IMG/VR virus record: IMGVR_UViG_3300025889_000144
Coordinates: 1 to 56,582 of that record
Strand: one strand, 5' to 3'
Length of the DNA: 56,582 bases
Source of the DNA: a virus
Taxonomy: Duplodnaviria > Caudoviricetes
Positions 45,978-55,138 of this stretch are shown here, piece by piece. The first letter of the stretch is position 1. Each line of letters opens with the position of its first letter. A program made the translations under genes and the position numbers. Under the pieces are notes generated by a model. It searched no databases. It was given only the letters and a program-made list of their open reading frames with translations, and was not told the DNA's origin.

Positions 45978-46805
45978 TCAAATAACTGAGCGCGGCGCCC
46001 CGAACGCTCCTAAGGCTTGAGCTAAAAGTTGACTCTTAGCTGCCTCTGCAGCAATTAAATTTTTACTAACTTCGTTAGCCTGTTTTTCCTGAAGAGCTTT
46101 TTGATAAGCCTCTTGTTCTTGCTTATCTGTATAAGCTTTTAAAATTAAATCAAGTTCATTTTGCGTGACGACTCCGGAGTCTTCGTTGTAATCAGGTAAC
46201 GGCGGAGCGTCTAATCCACGGGGGGTCGGTACAGAAGTAAAAGACGCTTTTGGTTTGTTTATTAAATCAATAAATTTATTTAGAAGAATTCCACTTAAAA
46301 CGTCTGACTCAAGCGAATCAGTACTGGGTTGACCTGCGGATGTCTGTGAGTAAGAAGCACCCTGACTCTCTGCAAACTTTTTTAAGGCATCAAAGCTTTT
46401 TACAGGCTGCCCATAAGCGCTTCGCCCTTCCATCGTGGGGAGCGACGCCCACTCATTAGCTACTTTCGCAATATTCTCTCGAGTTAACGGGTCGCGATCA
46501 GGATCAACTCCTCTCCATTTGAGCAACTGCAGAGCTGCTAGATCCTGCGACTGAGGCCCGAAATCTCTAAGGCCCAGTGCCTTCTGAGCACGAGCCCAGG
46601 TCTCAGGCATGAATTGGTACGCTCCAGCAGCAGCACTCGAGTACTTACCTCCCCGGACAACACGATCCGGGTGTTTACTCAAGTCTTTAATCGGTGTATA
46701 CCCAAAAGTTATGTCATAGCGAGGCGCAGAACCTCCCCAAGTTCCTTCGGCAAAAGCAATAGTGTTCAGCCAACGCCTTGCGTTAGGGCTAATACCGTCA
46801 CTCAT
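45978..46805 (-). CDS. GH104 (lambda R-like) muramidase with C-terminal extension, probably virion-associated
   Basis: IAFAEGT, SAAAGAYQF..TW, DFGPQSQD.AA, EWASLP. Confidence 0.9.
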   Translation of the reverse strand: MSDGISPNARRWLNTIAFAEGTWGGSAPRYDITFGYTPIKDLSKHPDRVVRGGKYSSAAAGAYQFMPETWARAQKALGLRDFGPQSQDLAALQLLKWRGVDPDRDPLTRENIAKVANEWASLPTMEGRSAYGQPVKSFDALKKFAESQGASYSQTSAGQPSTDSLESDVLSGILLNKFIDLINKPKASFTSVPTPRGLDAPPLPDYNEDSGVVTQNELDLILKAYTDKQEQEAYQKALQEKQANEVSKNLIAAEAAKSQLLAQALGAFGAPRSVI

Positions 46806-47031
46806 CCTCAGGATCTTCGAATATATCTATATTAGTGTCGATAGCCACGCCGATCTCCTCCATAACCGACTTGTAAGCTCTCTCCCGGCACACAAATCTA
46901 AAAATTGTCTTCCAAAGATACTGATCACGAGCCTCGCCCTTAAGTGCGTGAGCAGCGTTTTTGAGCCGTTGAAGCGTGAAATCATCTTCGAGAGTCAAAC
47001 CGACTCGGATGTGCCCATGCTCGTCCTTCAC
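46798..47031 (-). CDS. nblA: second, more divergent NblA-like protein
   Basis: LTLEDDFTLQRL...L......YLW......RERAYK aligns without gaps to the NblA helix-loop-helix pattern. Confidence 0.6.
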   Translation of the reverse strand: MKDEHGHIRVGLTLEDDFTLQRLKNAAHALKGEARDQYLWKTIFRFVCRERAYKSVMEEIGVAIDTNIDIFEDPEDE

Positions 47032-47084
47032 GGCTCGATGTGCGTCTCCACTAAGTCTAGATCAACTTATAATTTACACAGAGA

Positions 47085-47333
47085 TCACCAAGCTTTACAA
47101 CTCCAATAACGAGCTTTCAACTTACTTCCAGGGTTATCACAGTTATGACGTGCTCTGAAAGACTCTCGTCGCTCTGGTATGTGTTTTTTAATCGTCATGT
47201 TTGGGTCACCAAATCGCACTAAGCGCACCTCATCACCCTCCTTGGCCGCTACAGCGAATTTCTTTCCACCATCGGAGTCACGACGGGGTTGGTTGTACCC
47301 GGCAAACTTTTCCCCGGCTAAGCGGATGGCCAC
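47085..47333 (-). CDS. conserved small phage protein
   Basis: KKFAV...VRFGDPNM...RR.SFRARH.C...ARYWSC..W. Confidence 0.8.
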   Translation of the reverse strand: MAIRLAGEKFAGYNQPRRDSDGGKKFAVAAKEGDEVRLVRFGDPNMTIKKHIPERRESFRARHNCDNPGSKLKARYWSCKAW

Positions 47334-47467
47334 GGTTTGCGTCTCGCGTGTCTCTACAGTCTACCGCGTCAAAAATTAAATCAATCTAAAACTCCGATTC
47401 ACAGACTTTCTTCATGAAGATTCCTGCTAACCTCCTTTCGTTGTCGTCATCTACAACGTCAAATTAA

Positions 47468-47719
47468 ATGGATTCCGCACGGCTCCTGACCATCGCTCAG
47501 ACCGCTGAGCTCCTCAACTGCTCCGCAGGCTTTGTACGTAAGCGTATTATGCTGACCGAGTCCAATCAGCCCGGTGGCTGGCCTAAGGGCATCTTCGTCA
47601 ACCTTCAGCCCAATGGCGTCAAGTCCCTCTACCGCATCAACAAAGATGCTCTCGAGGCTTATCTAAACTCTGGTTCAGAAGAGGCTACAGTGGAAGAAAG
47701 CGCTGCCTGCGCTGTCTGA
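47468..47719 (+). CDS. excisionase-like HTH protein
   Basis: LLTIAQTAELLNCSAGFVRKRI...YRI...LEAYL. Confidence 0.8.
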   Translation: MDSARLLTIAQTAELLNCSAGFVRKRIMLTESNQPGGWPKGIFVNLQPNGVKSLYRINKDALEAYLNSGSEEATVEESAACAV

Positions 47720-47728
47720 TCGCGAACG

Positions 47729-48271
47729 ATGAACACTCCCTCTTTGACTGATATCTTTCAAAACGCTGTCCAAGCGCCGACACAAGAAGTCGTTAAAGAG
47801 GAAGTGGTTATTACAAAGGAGGCCACGCCTGATAACCTCGTTTATCAGATGGTCTCCTTTGCTTCGTATCTCTATCAATTAAACATTCAAGCGCACCTAC
47901 TGCACTTCAACGTAGAGTGCTCAAACTTTTTGGCCGTCCACAAGTTTTTAGGTAAACAGTATCAGCAACACTTAGCTGACTTTGACACGATTTCTGAATT
48001 AGTCAGGAGCATGGACTTCCTGATGCCTATGTGTCAGTGCGGTTTATTTGACGCATTTAAAAAATTCCCAGCTGTTAAAACATACGATGCTCGTGAAGGT
48101 TTAACTCTTTACACAAAGAACCTCGAAGCAGGCGCCATGATGGCGAAAGATCTAGTCGACGCCGCGAAAGAGACTGGTGCTCCGGATGTAGAAAACTTCG
48201 CCGCTGAGATCTGCGGAAACCTCTTCAAAGGAGCTTGGATGCTAAAAGCTACCCTTCGAGGATCTATGTGA
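47729..48271 (+). CDS. dps: Dps/ferritin-like protein
   Basis: HFNV...F..VH.FL..QY......D.ISE.VR.M; K.AWML. Confidence 0.85.
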   Translation: MNTPSLTDIFQNAVQAPTQEVVKEEVVITKEATPDNLVYQMVSFASYLYQLNIQAHLLHFNVECSNFLAVHKFLGKQYQQHLADFDTISELVRSMDFLMPMCQCGLFDAFKKFPAVKTYDAREGLTLYTKNLEAGAMMAKDLVDAAKETGAPDVENFAAEICGNLFKGAWMLKATLRGSM

Positions 48272-48908
48272 GGATCCAACCTCCATTAGCCGAAACGTAT
48301 AGACCACTTGCTCCAGAATTTAAATAAACAAGGTAGCCGTCTACAGCTGTGGGCAGAGTAGTAACTACGGCAACTCCACTAGCAACTACAGCTGATAAAG
48401 AACCACTCGCTGTAATAGCGGATATAGCTCCACTGGCAATAGTCGAAGAGATAGAGCCACTCGCAATTACAGCAGAAAGAGCTCCACTTGCGATGACGGA
48501 AGAGTAAGCGCCGCTAGCGACAATAGCTGAGTTAGCGGTATTAGCTGTAGTTGCACTACCTGCCGTTGTTGCAAAATTTGCGTTATCGGCAGTGTCTGAA
48601 AACCCAGCTCCTACTTTTTGCCACGCGGATCCCGTCCAAACTCGAAGATAGTAAGCAGCGGAAGTATCTACCCATGTCTCACCTACTGAATTACCAGCAG
48701 AACCTACTGGGCTTGAGTTAGGCGCCGAAGCTCCGTAGTGATTCGAACCAAACTTCCGAATACTGCCAGCTGAATCCTTGAAATAAAGACCAGGGTCAGC
48801 GGCGCCGAAGCTCATCGCAGCTTCACCAGCCTGAACAGTAGTCGTATTTGGGCGATCTGAAGAGTTACCAGATCGCTTAGAAAGCAGAATAACTGGAGTA
48901 GATGCCAT
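48264..48908 (-). CDS. tail fibre-like protein with 9-aa ASG repeats
   Basis: GEAA.....DPGLYFKDS.G, GETWVDT, six xxASG units. Confidence 0.8.
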   Translation of the reverse strand: MASTPVILLSKRSGNSSDRPNTTTVQAGEAAMSFGAADPGLYFKDSAGSIRKFGSNHYGASAPNSSPVGSAGNSVGETWVDTSAAYYLRVWTGSAWQKVGAGFSDTADNANFATTAGSATTANTANSAIVASGAYSSVIASGALSAVIASGSISSTIASGAISAITASGSLSAVVASGVAVVTTLPTAVDGYLVYLNSGASGLYVSANGGWILT

Positions 48909-49437
48909 GTTAGTATTACGATCCCGCTCTGTGAATTATATGGCTGGAGGGCCTGTGTATCCTGGTCCGTATGAGTACTATAGCCACAAAGTACTAATCG
49001 GAGAACCAGAAAGCTGTTGGGAGTGGAAGGGTAGTTGCGGTAGTCCTGGATACGGGAACTGGTGCTTTTCTGTAAACGGCCTACCTAGGCGAGGGTCGGC
49101 TCATAGAAGGGCTTATATCTTATTTAACGGAGATTGTGAAGGGAAACAGGTGAACCATTCGTGCGGTAATAGAAAATGCTGTAACCCCAATCACTTATAC
49201 GCTGGCAGTCAAAAAGAAAATCATGTAGACACAGTAGAACACGGGAGACACAGTCCTCCCCCGTATAAAAAAGGCTCTGACATAGGTACTTCAAAATTAA
49301 CTGAGAGCAACATAAGAGAAATAAAGAAATTACTTAAAGAAGGAAAAAAAGGAGTCTATATAGCCAGAAAATTTAATGTAACTACAGCTTGTATATCCGC
49401 AATAAAAAAAGGAACTAACTGGAAGTGGGTAGAGTAA
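48907..49437 (+). mobile_element. free-standing HNH homing endonuclease gene
   Basis: CWEWKG, AHRRAY, VNHSCGNRKCCNPNHL..GSQKEN..D, SKLTE + HTH; AT-rich and opposite to its neighbours; start may be 48940. Confidence 0.88.
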
Positions 49438-49444
49438 ATAAACA

Positions 49445-50989
49445 TCAAAAAACGCCTCCGTTTATAAGTGACGGATACGATGGGTATGGTATCAGTACGC
49501 CATTAGAGTACTGACCGCCATCATAAATTAAACTCGCTCCACTAACTAAGACTCCGTTGCTGTAAGTGCCTCCATCTAGTTTTGGTGTTACTTCAGGGTC
49601 AGGGGGAGCAAAAGGATTATATTGATCTATTTTGAACATCTCGAATCCACTTGGCGTCATAGCTGTGGATGTACCTGATGCCAATGTATCAAAATTAAGT
49701 GTTTTTATCATAGTAGGGTGCATATCTGGGTACATCATGTGATTTGGTACTGTATTCTGCGAAGGCGAATACTTCTCCCACCAACGAAGTTTCTGCTGAC
49801 GCTTCTCAAATGTTGTTTGCTTAGCAAGATTGATCTCAAACTCTTCTCTATAACGATCGTCCATAGGTTCGTCACTTGGCTGGGAGAGCCACGCTTTAGA
49901 GAAAACGTCGTCTCCAAAACGATTTTGCATGTCCCAGAAGGACGCATAAATGTGCTTACACCAACGAGGCGCAAAGTAAAGAAGGTTGGGGTCTGAGTAG
50001 ACCTTTGATCCGTCCGAATACGACGGAAGATCTAGTATTTTCTTTACGTAGAGAAAACCAAAGTCACGACTGAAACCTGGGTAATCTCGCGAAGGTGAGG
50101 TTCTCCCTGTTTGATAATCTCTTCCCGCGTCATATTGACCTGGTTTTAAGTCTTGGGGGAGTGTGTAGGGGTACTTACGTTTAAGACTGTATTCGTAAAG
50201 ATTAAAATCTTCACGAGCTAAGTAATCTGGACAGTTGCAACCAAATCGCATCTCCGTAGTGAAATAGTCGCCAGGAGTGGGCAGCGAAGCTGGTACTGAT
50301 AAGGTTTCGTTGTCTATAACTGACCAACTGTTGCTGGTATCTAGAGATATAAAGATACTGTTGTATATGGGTGCGAACCCTGGCGTAATAGGTGTTGTTC
50401 CGTTACCGACACCTACAACTGTGTAGTTATTGTATGTAGTCTTTTCCGTACCATCAGCGGCAAAACGATCTGAGAGAACTTCACCGGTAAAGAAAGAAAT
50501 AGGTGGTCCGAAGTTACTAGAAAGCTCTACGGCATAGACTGTATCACTTGTTTTAGTTACAGACTTTATAGAGTAACCAAAGTCTAAGAAATTAAACGAG
50601 TCACGAGGACGTACGGCAACCATCCGCATGGCCATATCTTGACTCATGGACGGGTACATGTAACACACGCCAGGTAGCGCTGCGCCCACCCCCACGGTGC
50701 CTGTTGTCCAGTATCTAAATGAATAATTAAGTCCTACGTACGCCTGATTAGCGTACATATACAGCTCATATCCCCTGCGCCACCGCGTCCACATTGACGC
50801 GTAGTTGTAGTCAAAGAGAATACTAAAATCTTTTAAATTAAAGTCAGGTCTAAACTTACGTTTAAACGGCATTGGGGAGCCGAGCTGGTGAGAGGAGCTC
50901 GCACCCTCAAACGAAGAAAACCCGAACTTCGATTTCTTTGGCTGGTGTGAGTGCCAACCAAAGTCATCGGAGCCCTTTCTTCGTGCCAT
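49445..50989 (-). CDS. large late protein with split SWIM-like Zn finger
   Basis: CNCPDY ... WCKHIYA; C-terminal DGG repeats. Confidence 0.75.
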   Translation of the reverse strand: MARRKGSDDFGWHSHQPKKSKFGFSSFEGASSSHQLGSPMPFKRKFRPDFNLKDFSILFDYNYASMWTRWRRGYELYMYANQAYVGLNYSFRYWTTGTVGVGAALPGVCYMYPSMSQDMAMRMVAVRPRDSFNFLDFGYSIKSVTKTSDTVYAVELSSNFGPPISFFTGEVLSDRFAADGTEKTTYNNYTVVGVGNGTTPITPGFAPIYNSIFISLDTSNSWSVIDNETLSVPASLPTPGDYFTTEMRFGCNCPDYLAREDFNLYEYSLKRKYPYTLPQDLKPGQYDAGRDYQTGRTSPSRDYPGFSRDFGFLYVKKILDLPSYSDGSKVYSDPNLLYFAPRWCKHIYASFWDMQNRFGDDVFSKAWLSQPSDEPMDDRYREEFEINLAKQTTFEKRQQKLRWWEKYSPSQNTVPNHMMYPDMHPTMIKTLNFDTLASGTSTAMTPSGFEMFKIDQYNPFAPPDPEVTPKLDGGTYSNGVLVSGASLIYDGGQYSNGVLIPYPSYPSLINGGVF

Positions 50990-50992
50990 AAA

Positions 50993-51550
50993 TCAATAGA
51001 AGCCGCCTTGCGCCATAATCGACACGCCAGACGCACTTAAACCGCCAGAAATTGCACTGGGGCCATCACCCAGATAACCGATACAGAGAATGTAACCTTT
51101 CTCGAGGTAAAGAGCTTCCATCTTGCCTCGCTCGATCGGGTAAACAAGCGTGGTGTCACCTGTTTTAGGTGTAGGTGCAACAGTAGCGGGAAGCTCAATC
51201 CGCTGAATCAGACCTTCGGTATCACCGGATAAACCAACCTGAAACTTACCGAGTAAGAGTGCAGAAGAAGTAGAGGGAGCGGATTGGTTAGGCGCGTAAA
51301 CATAAACGCCAAACGCTGCCGTACGAACTCCACCGTTGTTGGGATAACCTTCGGCAGAAACTACAAAGATATCCTCAACCAGCGCACCGTCTTCAGAAGG
51401 GATGTCGCCCACGCGGACAAGCTGGATTAAATCACCGAAATCAGGATTGCTAGCATCGGCGATAACCGTAGTGCCGTTATTGACCTTCGCGCCCCGCAAG
51501 AAGGGACGGTCCACCATTAGTGGCTGTTTGTTGGTACTGGTAGAGGCCAT
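50993..51550 (-). CDS. virion structural protein
   Basis: 185-aa beta-rich ORF, STSTNKQPL.VDRP start. Confidence 0.7.
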   Translation of the reverse strand: MASTSTNKQPLMVDRPFLRGAKVNNGTTVIADASNPDFGDLIQLVRVGDIPSEDGALVEDIFVVSAEGYPNNGGVRTAAFGVYVYAPNQSAPSTSSALLLGKFQVGLSGDTEGLIQRIELPATVAPTPKTGDTTLVYPIERGKMEALYLEKGYILCIGYLGDGPSAISGGLSASGVSIMAQGGFY

Positions 51551-51586
51551 TGGTGAGTTCCGTGAACTTAGTGGACTACAAAAAAC

Positions 51587-52168
51587 TTAACGCCGCGAAC
51601 CGGCGCCCCAGGCTTCAGGCTCGTTGTCAAGAATATCATCTGTATAAACATCGGACATCGGAGGCTCTAAACCAATCCCTGACTCTGAGTTAGGTGCTTT
51701 TGTCACCTCACCGCCAAGAATTTTTAAAGCGTCCTTAATATCAATCTTGCCGGACTCAACCCCGGCAAGAATTAACCGATTACGAGCTTCTTCTTTTCGA
51801 GCTGTCTCTCGATCCGTACGCGCACGCTCAGCAGCAGATTCATTCCGCTGACGCATGTCTTCGAGAACTTGGAAAATAAAGCGATCACCTGCCATGCGGT
51901 TATCGCCAACCCCACGGCCAGGCAACGGATATCCAGTCTGATATCCTTGCTTGAAAGCGTTAGCTGCCTCGACGATTGGAAGGATAGCGCCGGCTAAGCG
52001 ATCTAAACCAGTCCAAAAACCACCATTTTGAGTTGGTGCTTGACCAATACTCGGTTCTGTCCCGATAGAGACGCTTGTCGGAGTCTCTAAACTAGGCCGA
52101 TCTCGATAGGGCACAAGGTCGCCGCCCGAGTAGGTGTAGCTTCGTGGCGACATAAATTGCTCAGCCAT
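51587..52168 (-). CDS. probable internal virion protein (RLAG, RMAG motifs)
   Basis: 193-aa ORF in the late cluster. Confidence 0.7.
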   Translation of the reverse strand: MAEQFMSPRSYTYSGGDLVPYRDRPSLETPTSVSIGTEPSIGQAPTQNGGFWTGLDRLAGAILPIVEAANAFKQGYQTGYPLPGRGVGDNRMAGDRFIFQVLEDMRQRNESAAERARTDRETARKEEARNRLILAGVESGKIDIKDALKILGGEVTKAPNSESGIGLEPPMSDVYTDDILDNEPEAWGAGSRR

Positions 52169-52206
52169 ACCTACTCGGTTCGCCTTAATCCTCTAGTTAT
52201 TTTATC

Positions 52207-53997
52207 TCAATAACCGGCATACATCCGAGAACGAGGTGCTTGACGTTGAATAAAGTCTTGAACTCGCTGCAAATTAGATTGAACTTGCGGGCGAGTAACA
52301 TCGACCATATCAAAGGCACCTTGGCTGGGAGCTGTTACAGCTTGACCCATCGCTTCAGCGTTGCCCACGGCGTTAGCTGCGGTTTCAGAGCCCATCGGAG
52401 TCGTAATAGTAGTCGTGGTGACTGACTCTGCACTCTGCTGGTTAGCGGCTGGGTTAGCCAACTGACGGCGCTGAATCTCGTAAGCAAGAGCAGGGTTCGC
52501 TTGCGCCCAAGCAGCTAAGTCACCAGATCGCTCGGTCTGCATACCGCGCATCATTTCCACAAGTTCCTTACGAACCGGAGCTTGGTTGGCGTAGGCTGCT
52601 CGGTCTGCATAGTACTTGGCGATACCACCTCGCTCAGGGGTGTATTTTTCCGGGGGCATCGCTTCGGTAGCTCGCATAACTGCTGCAGCCACAGGATCAG
52701 CTTGAGCTAAAGCTTCACGTACTGCGCTCTCACGCTGCGCTCCGCCAGAAGTCACGATAGGTGCTGCTGCAGAAGAAGGGTCAATAATGCCAGGACCCGG
52801 CTGAGTAGCAGGAGCGACTGAGGGAGCCCCGTCGCCGAGAGGAGTACGACCGTCTTCGGTGAACAGTGGGCGACCAGGAGTAGGGGCTTGAGCAGTCGGC
52901 TGACCCACTTGATCTTGTGAGTCGCCAGAAAGCATAGAAGCAATTCCGAATCCAGTAGCGCCGCCTGTAGCTGCCAAAGCGGCTAAAAGCTTTGGATTAG
53001 AAAGCAGTGCACCTAAGTTTGCGGTCTGCACGCCGCCAGTGGCGTTGCGGAGAGTGCCAGCCAGTAGCTCAGGAGAAGTTTCAAAAATCTCGCGGACACG
53101 CACTGGGTCAATCATCAGCTCGTCGACCATTTCTCCCCCAGGAGAACGAACCAAGGCACCTCCAGGTCCACCTTGAGCAGCTCGACCTAATCCGCCGCCA
53201 CCGCCACGGGAGCCTCTGAACATTACGTCGACAACGCTGGGGTCTAATGCCTGGCCGCCGCGAAACAGAACATCAGCAGGGCTTGGCTCTAAGATTTCGC
53301 CGGTAGCTCCAGGGCCGAAAGCAGGTCGCGGAGCGACATACTGATTGTCACCACGGGTACGGAGAAGAGGGGTACCTCGCAACTCTGCTGAGCTGCCTCC
53401 TCGGTTTAACTGGGAGCTGAGACGCATCTGCTCTTGTGCAGATGAGCCCACGGGAGGGCGGGGATACGCTGAAGATGCGCCAAGTTCAACACCCTCACCG
53501 TAAGTGGTGGACCCCAAGCGACCACCTACACCCTGAGTACCAGGCCGGTAGGTCAAACGAGTGCCCATTGACCCAACTTCACCTTCACCAGGCTTAAGCA
53601 TGGTGATTTGACGAGCAGTTTCACCTCGTGCTGGTTCCGGATAGCGGACAGGAGGACGAGGCGCCTCAGCCAAAGGTGCTGGCGGACGGTTTTGAGCCAG
53701 AGCGGGTACGCCGCGAACGCCGGGAGCTCCACCAGTTTGCGGTGCAGAGGGAGTAGCTCCAGGACCAAATTGAGGCTTGGGGGCTTGGCCTAGTTGGCGA
53801 GAAGTTGGAACGTTCCGGGTGCCTAGTAGACCAGCACCGGGCTGACTCGGTACGCTAGCGCCCATTTTGCGGAGCGCATTAGTAGTGCGTTCAATTAAAA
53901 CAGAGTCACCTGTCTGCATAATCGCAGGCATGACCTGACGAGCAAGATCGTCAACCGAACTAATTCCAGCTCGTAAAAGCTTGCCTACTAAGGACAT
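52207..53997 (-). CDS. large Pro/Gly/Ala-rich probable internal virion protein
   Basis: 596 aa, low complexity, PxFGPGAT twice, one hydrophobic segment. Confidence 0.75.
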   Translation of the reverse strand: MSLVGKLLRAGISSVDDLARQVMPAIMQTGDSVLIERTTNALRKMGASVPSQPGAGLLGTRNVPTSRQLGQAPKPQFGPGATPSAPQTGGAPGVRGVPALAQNRPPAPLAEAPRPPVRYPEPARGETARQITMLKPGEGEVGSMGTRLTYRPGTQGVGGRLGSTTYGEGVELGASSAYPRPPVGSSAQEQMRLSSQLNRGGSSAELRGTPLLRTRGDNQYVAPRPAFGPGATGEILEPSPADVLFRGGQALDPSVVDVMFRGSRGGGGGLGRAAQGGPGGALVRSPGGEMVDELMIDPVRVREIFETSPELLAGTLRNATGGVQTANLGALLSNPKLLAALAATGGATGFGIASMLSGDSQDQVGQPTAQAPTPGRPLFTEDGRTPLGDGAPSVAPATQPGPGIIDPSSAAAPIVTSGGAQRESAVREALAQADPVAAAVMRATEAMPPEKYTPERGGIAKYYADRAAYANQAPVRKELVEMMRGMQTERSGDLAAWAQANPALAYEIQRRQLANPAANQQSAESVTTTTITTPMGSETAANAVGNAEAMGQAVTAPSQGAFDMVDVTRPQVQSNLQRVQDFIQRQAPRSRMYAGY

Positions 53998-54039
53998 GAC
54001 AGATGCGCTCGCGTAAACCGTTTATTCCTAGAGAACAGT

Positions 54040-54660
54040 CTATCTCCAATTCTCAAAAAAGTAGATGCGGTCAGCACGCGACACGTCAGGAGGTCCAGGT
54101 ATGGCCTGAATAAACTCACCGCCACTGCGCTCAAAACGGTAACGAGAAGCGACGGGATCCTTGTAATTCGGCACATATAACATCTCAGCTAATCTACCGC
54201 ACTCAAATAGATAGTTCTCACGCCAGATACGAGAAGTCTCTCGTTTGTCTTGGATCGAGATAGAACGAGAGACGTCACCCAGAATTGTTTCTTGCCTGCT
54301 CGTAGCTCTACCCGTGGCAAGCTCAGTCAACCGCTCCGCTTCTTCACAGCGTTCAATCTGTTGAATTATTTTGTCAAAGTAAAACTCACTCGGTATGCTA
54401 TTACAGGCTTCCAGAAGCCTTGAATAATCACCAGCGGGCACGGTGGCGATGTTATAACCTAGGTGGTACGCGACACGACTAAAGTTGAAGTCGTCTAATG
54501 CGTAACCGAAAACTTGAGCAGGGTTTCGGGTCAGCTGATTAACAGCTGAATAAATAACTTCTCGCTTAGCGGCGTCAGTAGTTGTAGGTTGAAAAACTAC
54601 ACCCTGTTGAGCAAGAAAAGATTGAATCTGTTCTAACTCGAATTGGCTTAACTGCGCCAC
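54040..54660 (-). CDS. probable head-completion/adaptor protein
   Basis: 206-aa helical protein downstream of capsid genes; function inferred from position. Confidence 0.6.
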   Translation of the reverse strand: MAQLSQFELEQIQSFLAQQGVVFQPTTTDAAKREVIYSAVNQLTRNPAQVFGYALDDFNFSRVAYHLGYNIATVPAGDYSRLLEACNSIPSEFYFDKIIQQIERCEEAERLTELATGRATSRQETILGDVSRSISIQDKRETSRIWRENYLFECGRLAEMLYVPNYKDPVASRYRFERSGGEFIQAIPGPPDVSRADRIYFFENWR

Positions 54661-54682
54661 AACCCGAAACCCTTACATTTTC

Positions 54683-55138
54683 TTATTCTACGTACACCAC
54701 ACCGGTTGCAAAAACTTCTTTCCATTCAACACGCTTGATACTTTCAAGCTGTTCGAGTTTAGTGAACCGTTCACCAGGTAACGATTGCCTAAGTTCGATA
54801 ATTTCTTTAGCTGTCTTAAGCCCAACACCGGGAAGGCACTGGGTTAACCCCTCAGCAGTCAAATTATTCAGATTAATACGGTTGTCGGTGGGAGGAAGGG
54901 GCTTAACAACAGCAATTTCGCTCTCATCCTTCTTAACTGGGCGGCGTCCGCGGCGAGTCTGCAACGAATTTGATGTCGATTGAGGGTTTGTATCTTCTGT
55001 AAAGTTATCGACCTGATCTTTATGTGCGAAAAACACCTTACCCGTGGTGCTCGATCGGACCATAAAGTACTCACCGTCATCGTGAGTAGAAATTACGTCG
55101 ATTTTGACGCCACTGGGCTTATAGACTTTGGCAGACAT
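54683..55138 (-). CDS. helix-hairpin-helix DNA-binding protein
   Basis: INLN....E.L...LPGVG.KTA.EII..R.....F..LEQL. Confidence 0.85.
   Translation of the reverse strand: MSAKVYKPSGVKIDVISTHDDGEYFMVRSSTTGKVFFAHKDQVDNFTEDTNPQSTSNSLQTRRGRRPVKKDESEIAVVKPLPPTDNRINLNNLTAEGLTQCLPGVGLKTAKEIIELRQSLPGERFTKLEQLESIKRVEWKEVFATGVVYVE

Noticed and set aside
47468-47719. Evidence of lysogeny from excisionase-like HTH proteins
   Set aside because: No integrase or att site in the window; this fold is common in lytic phage regulators
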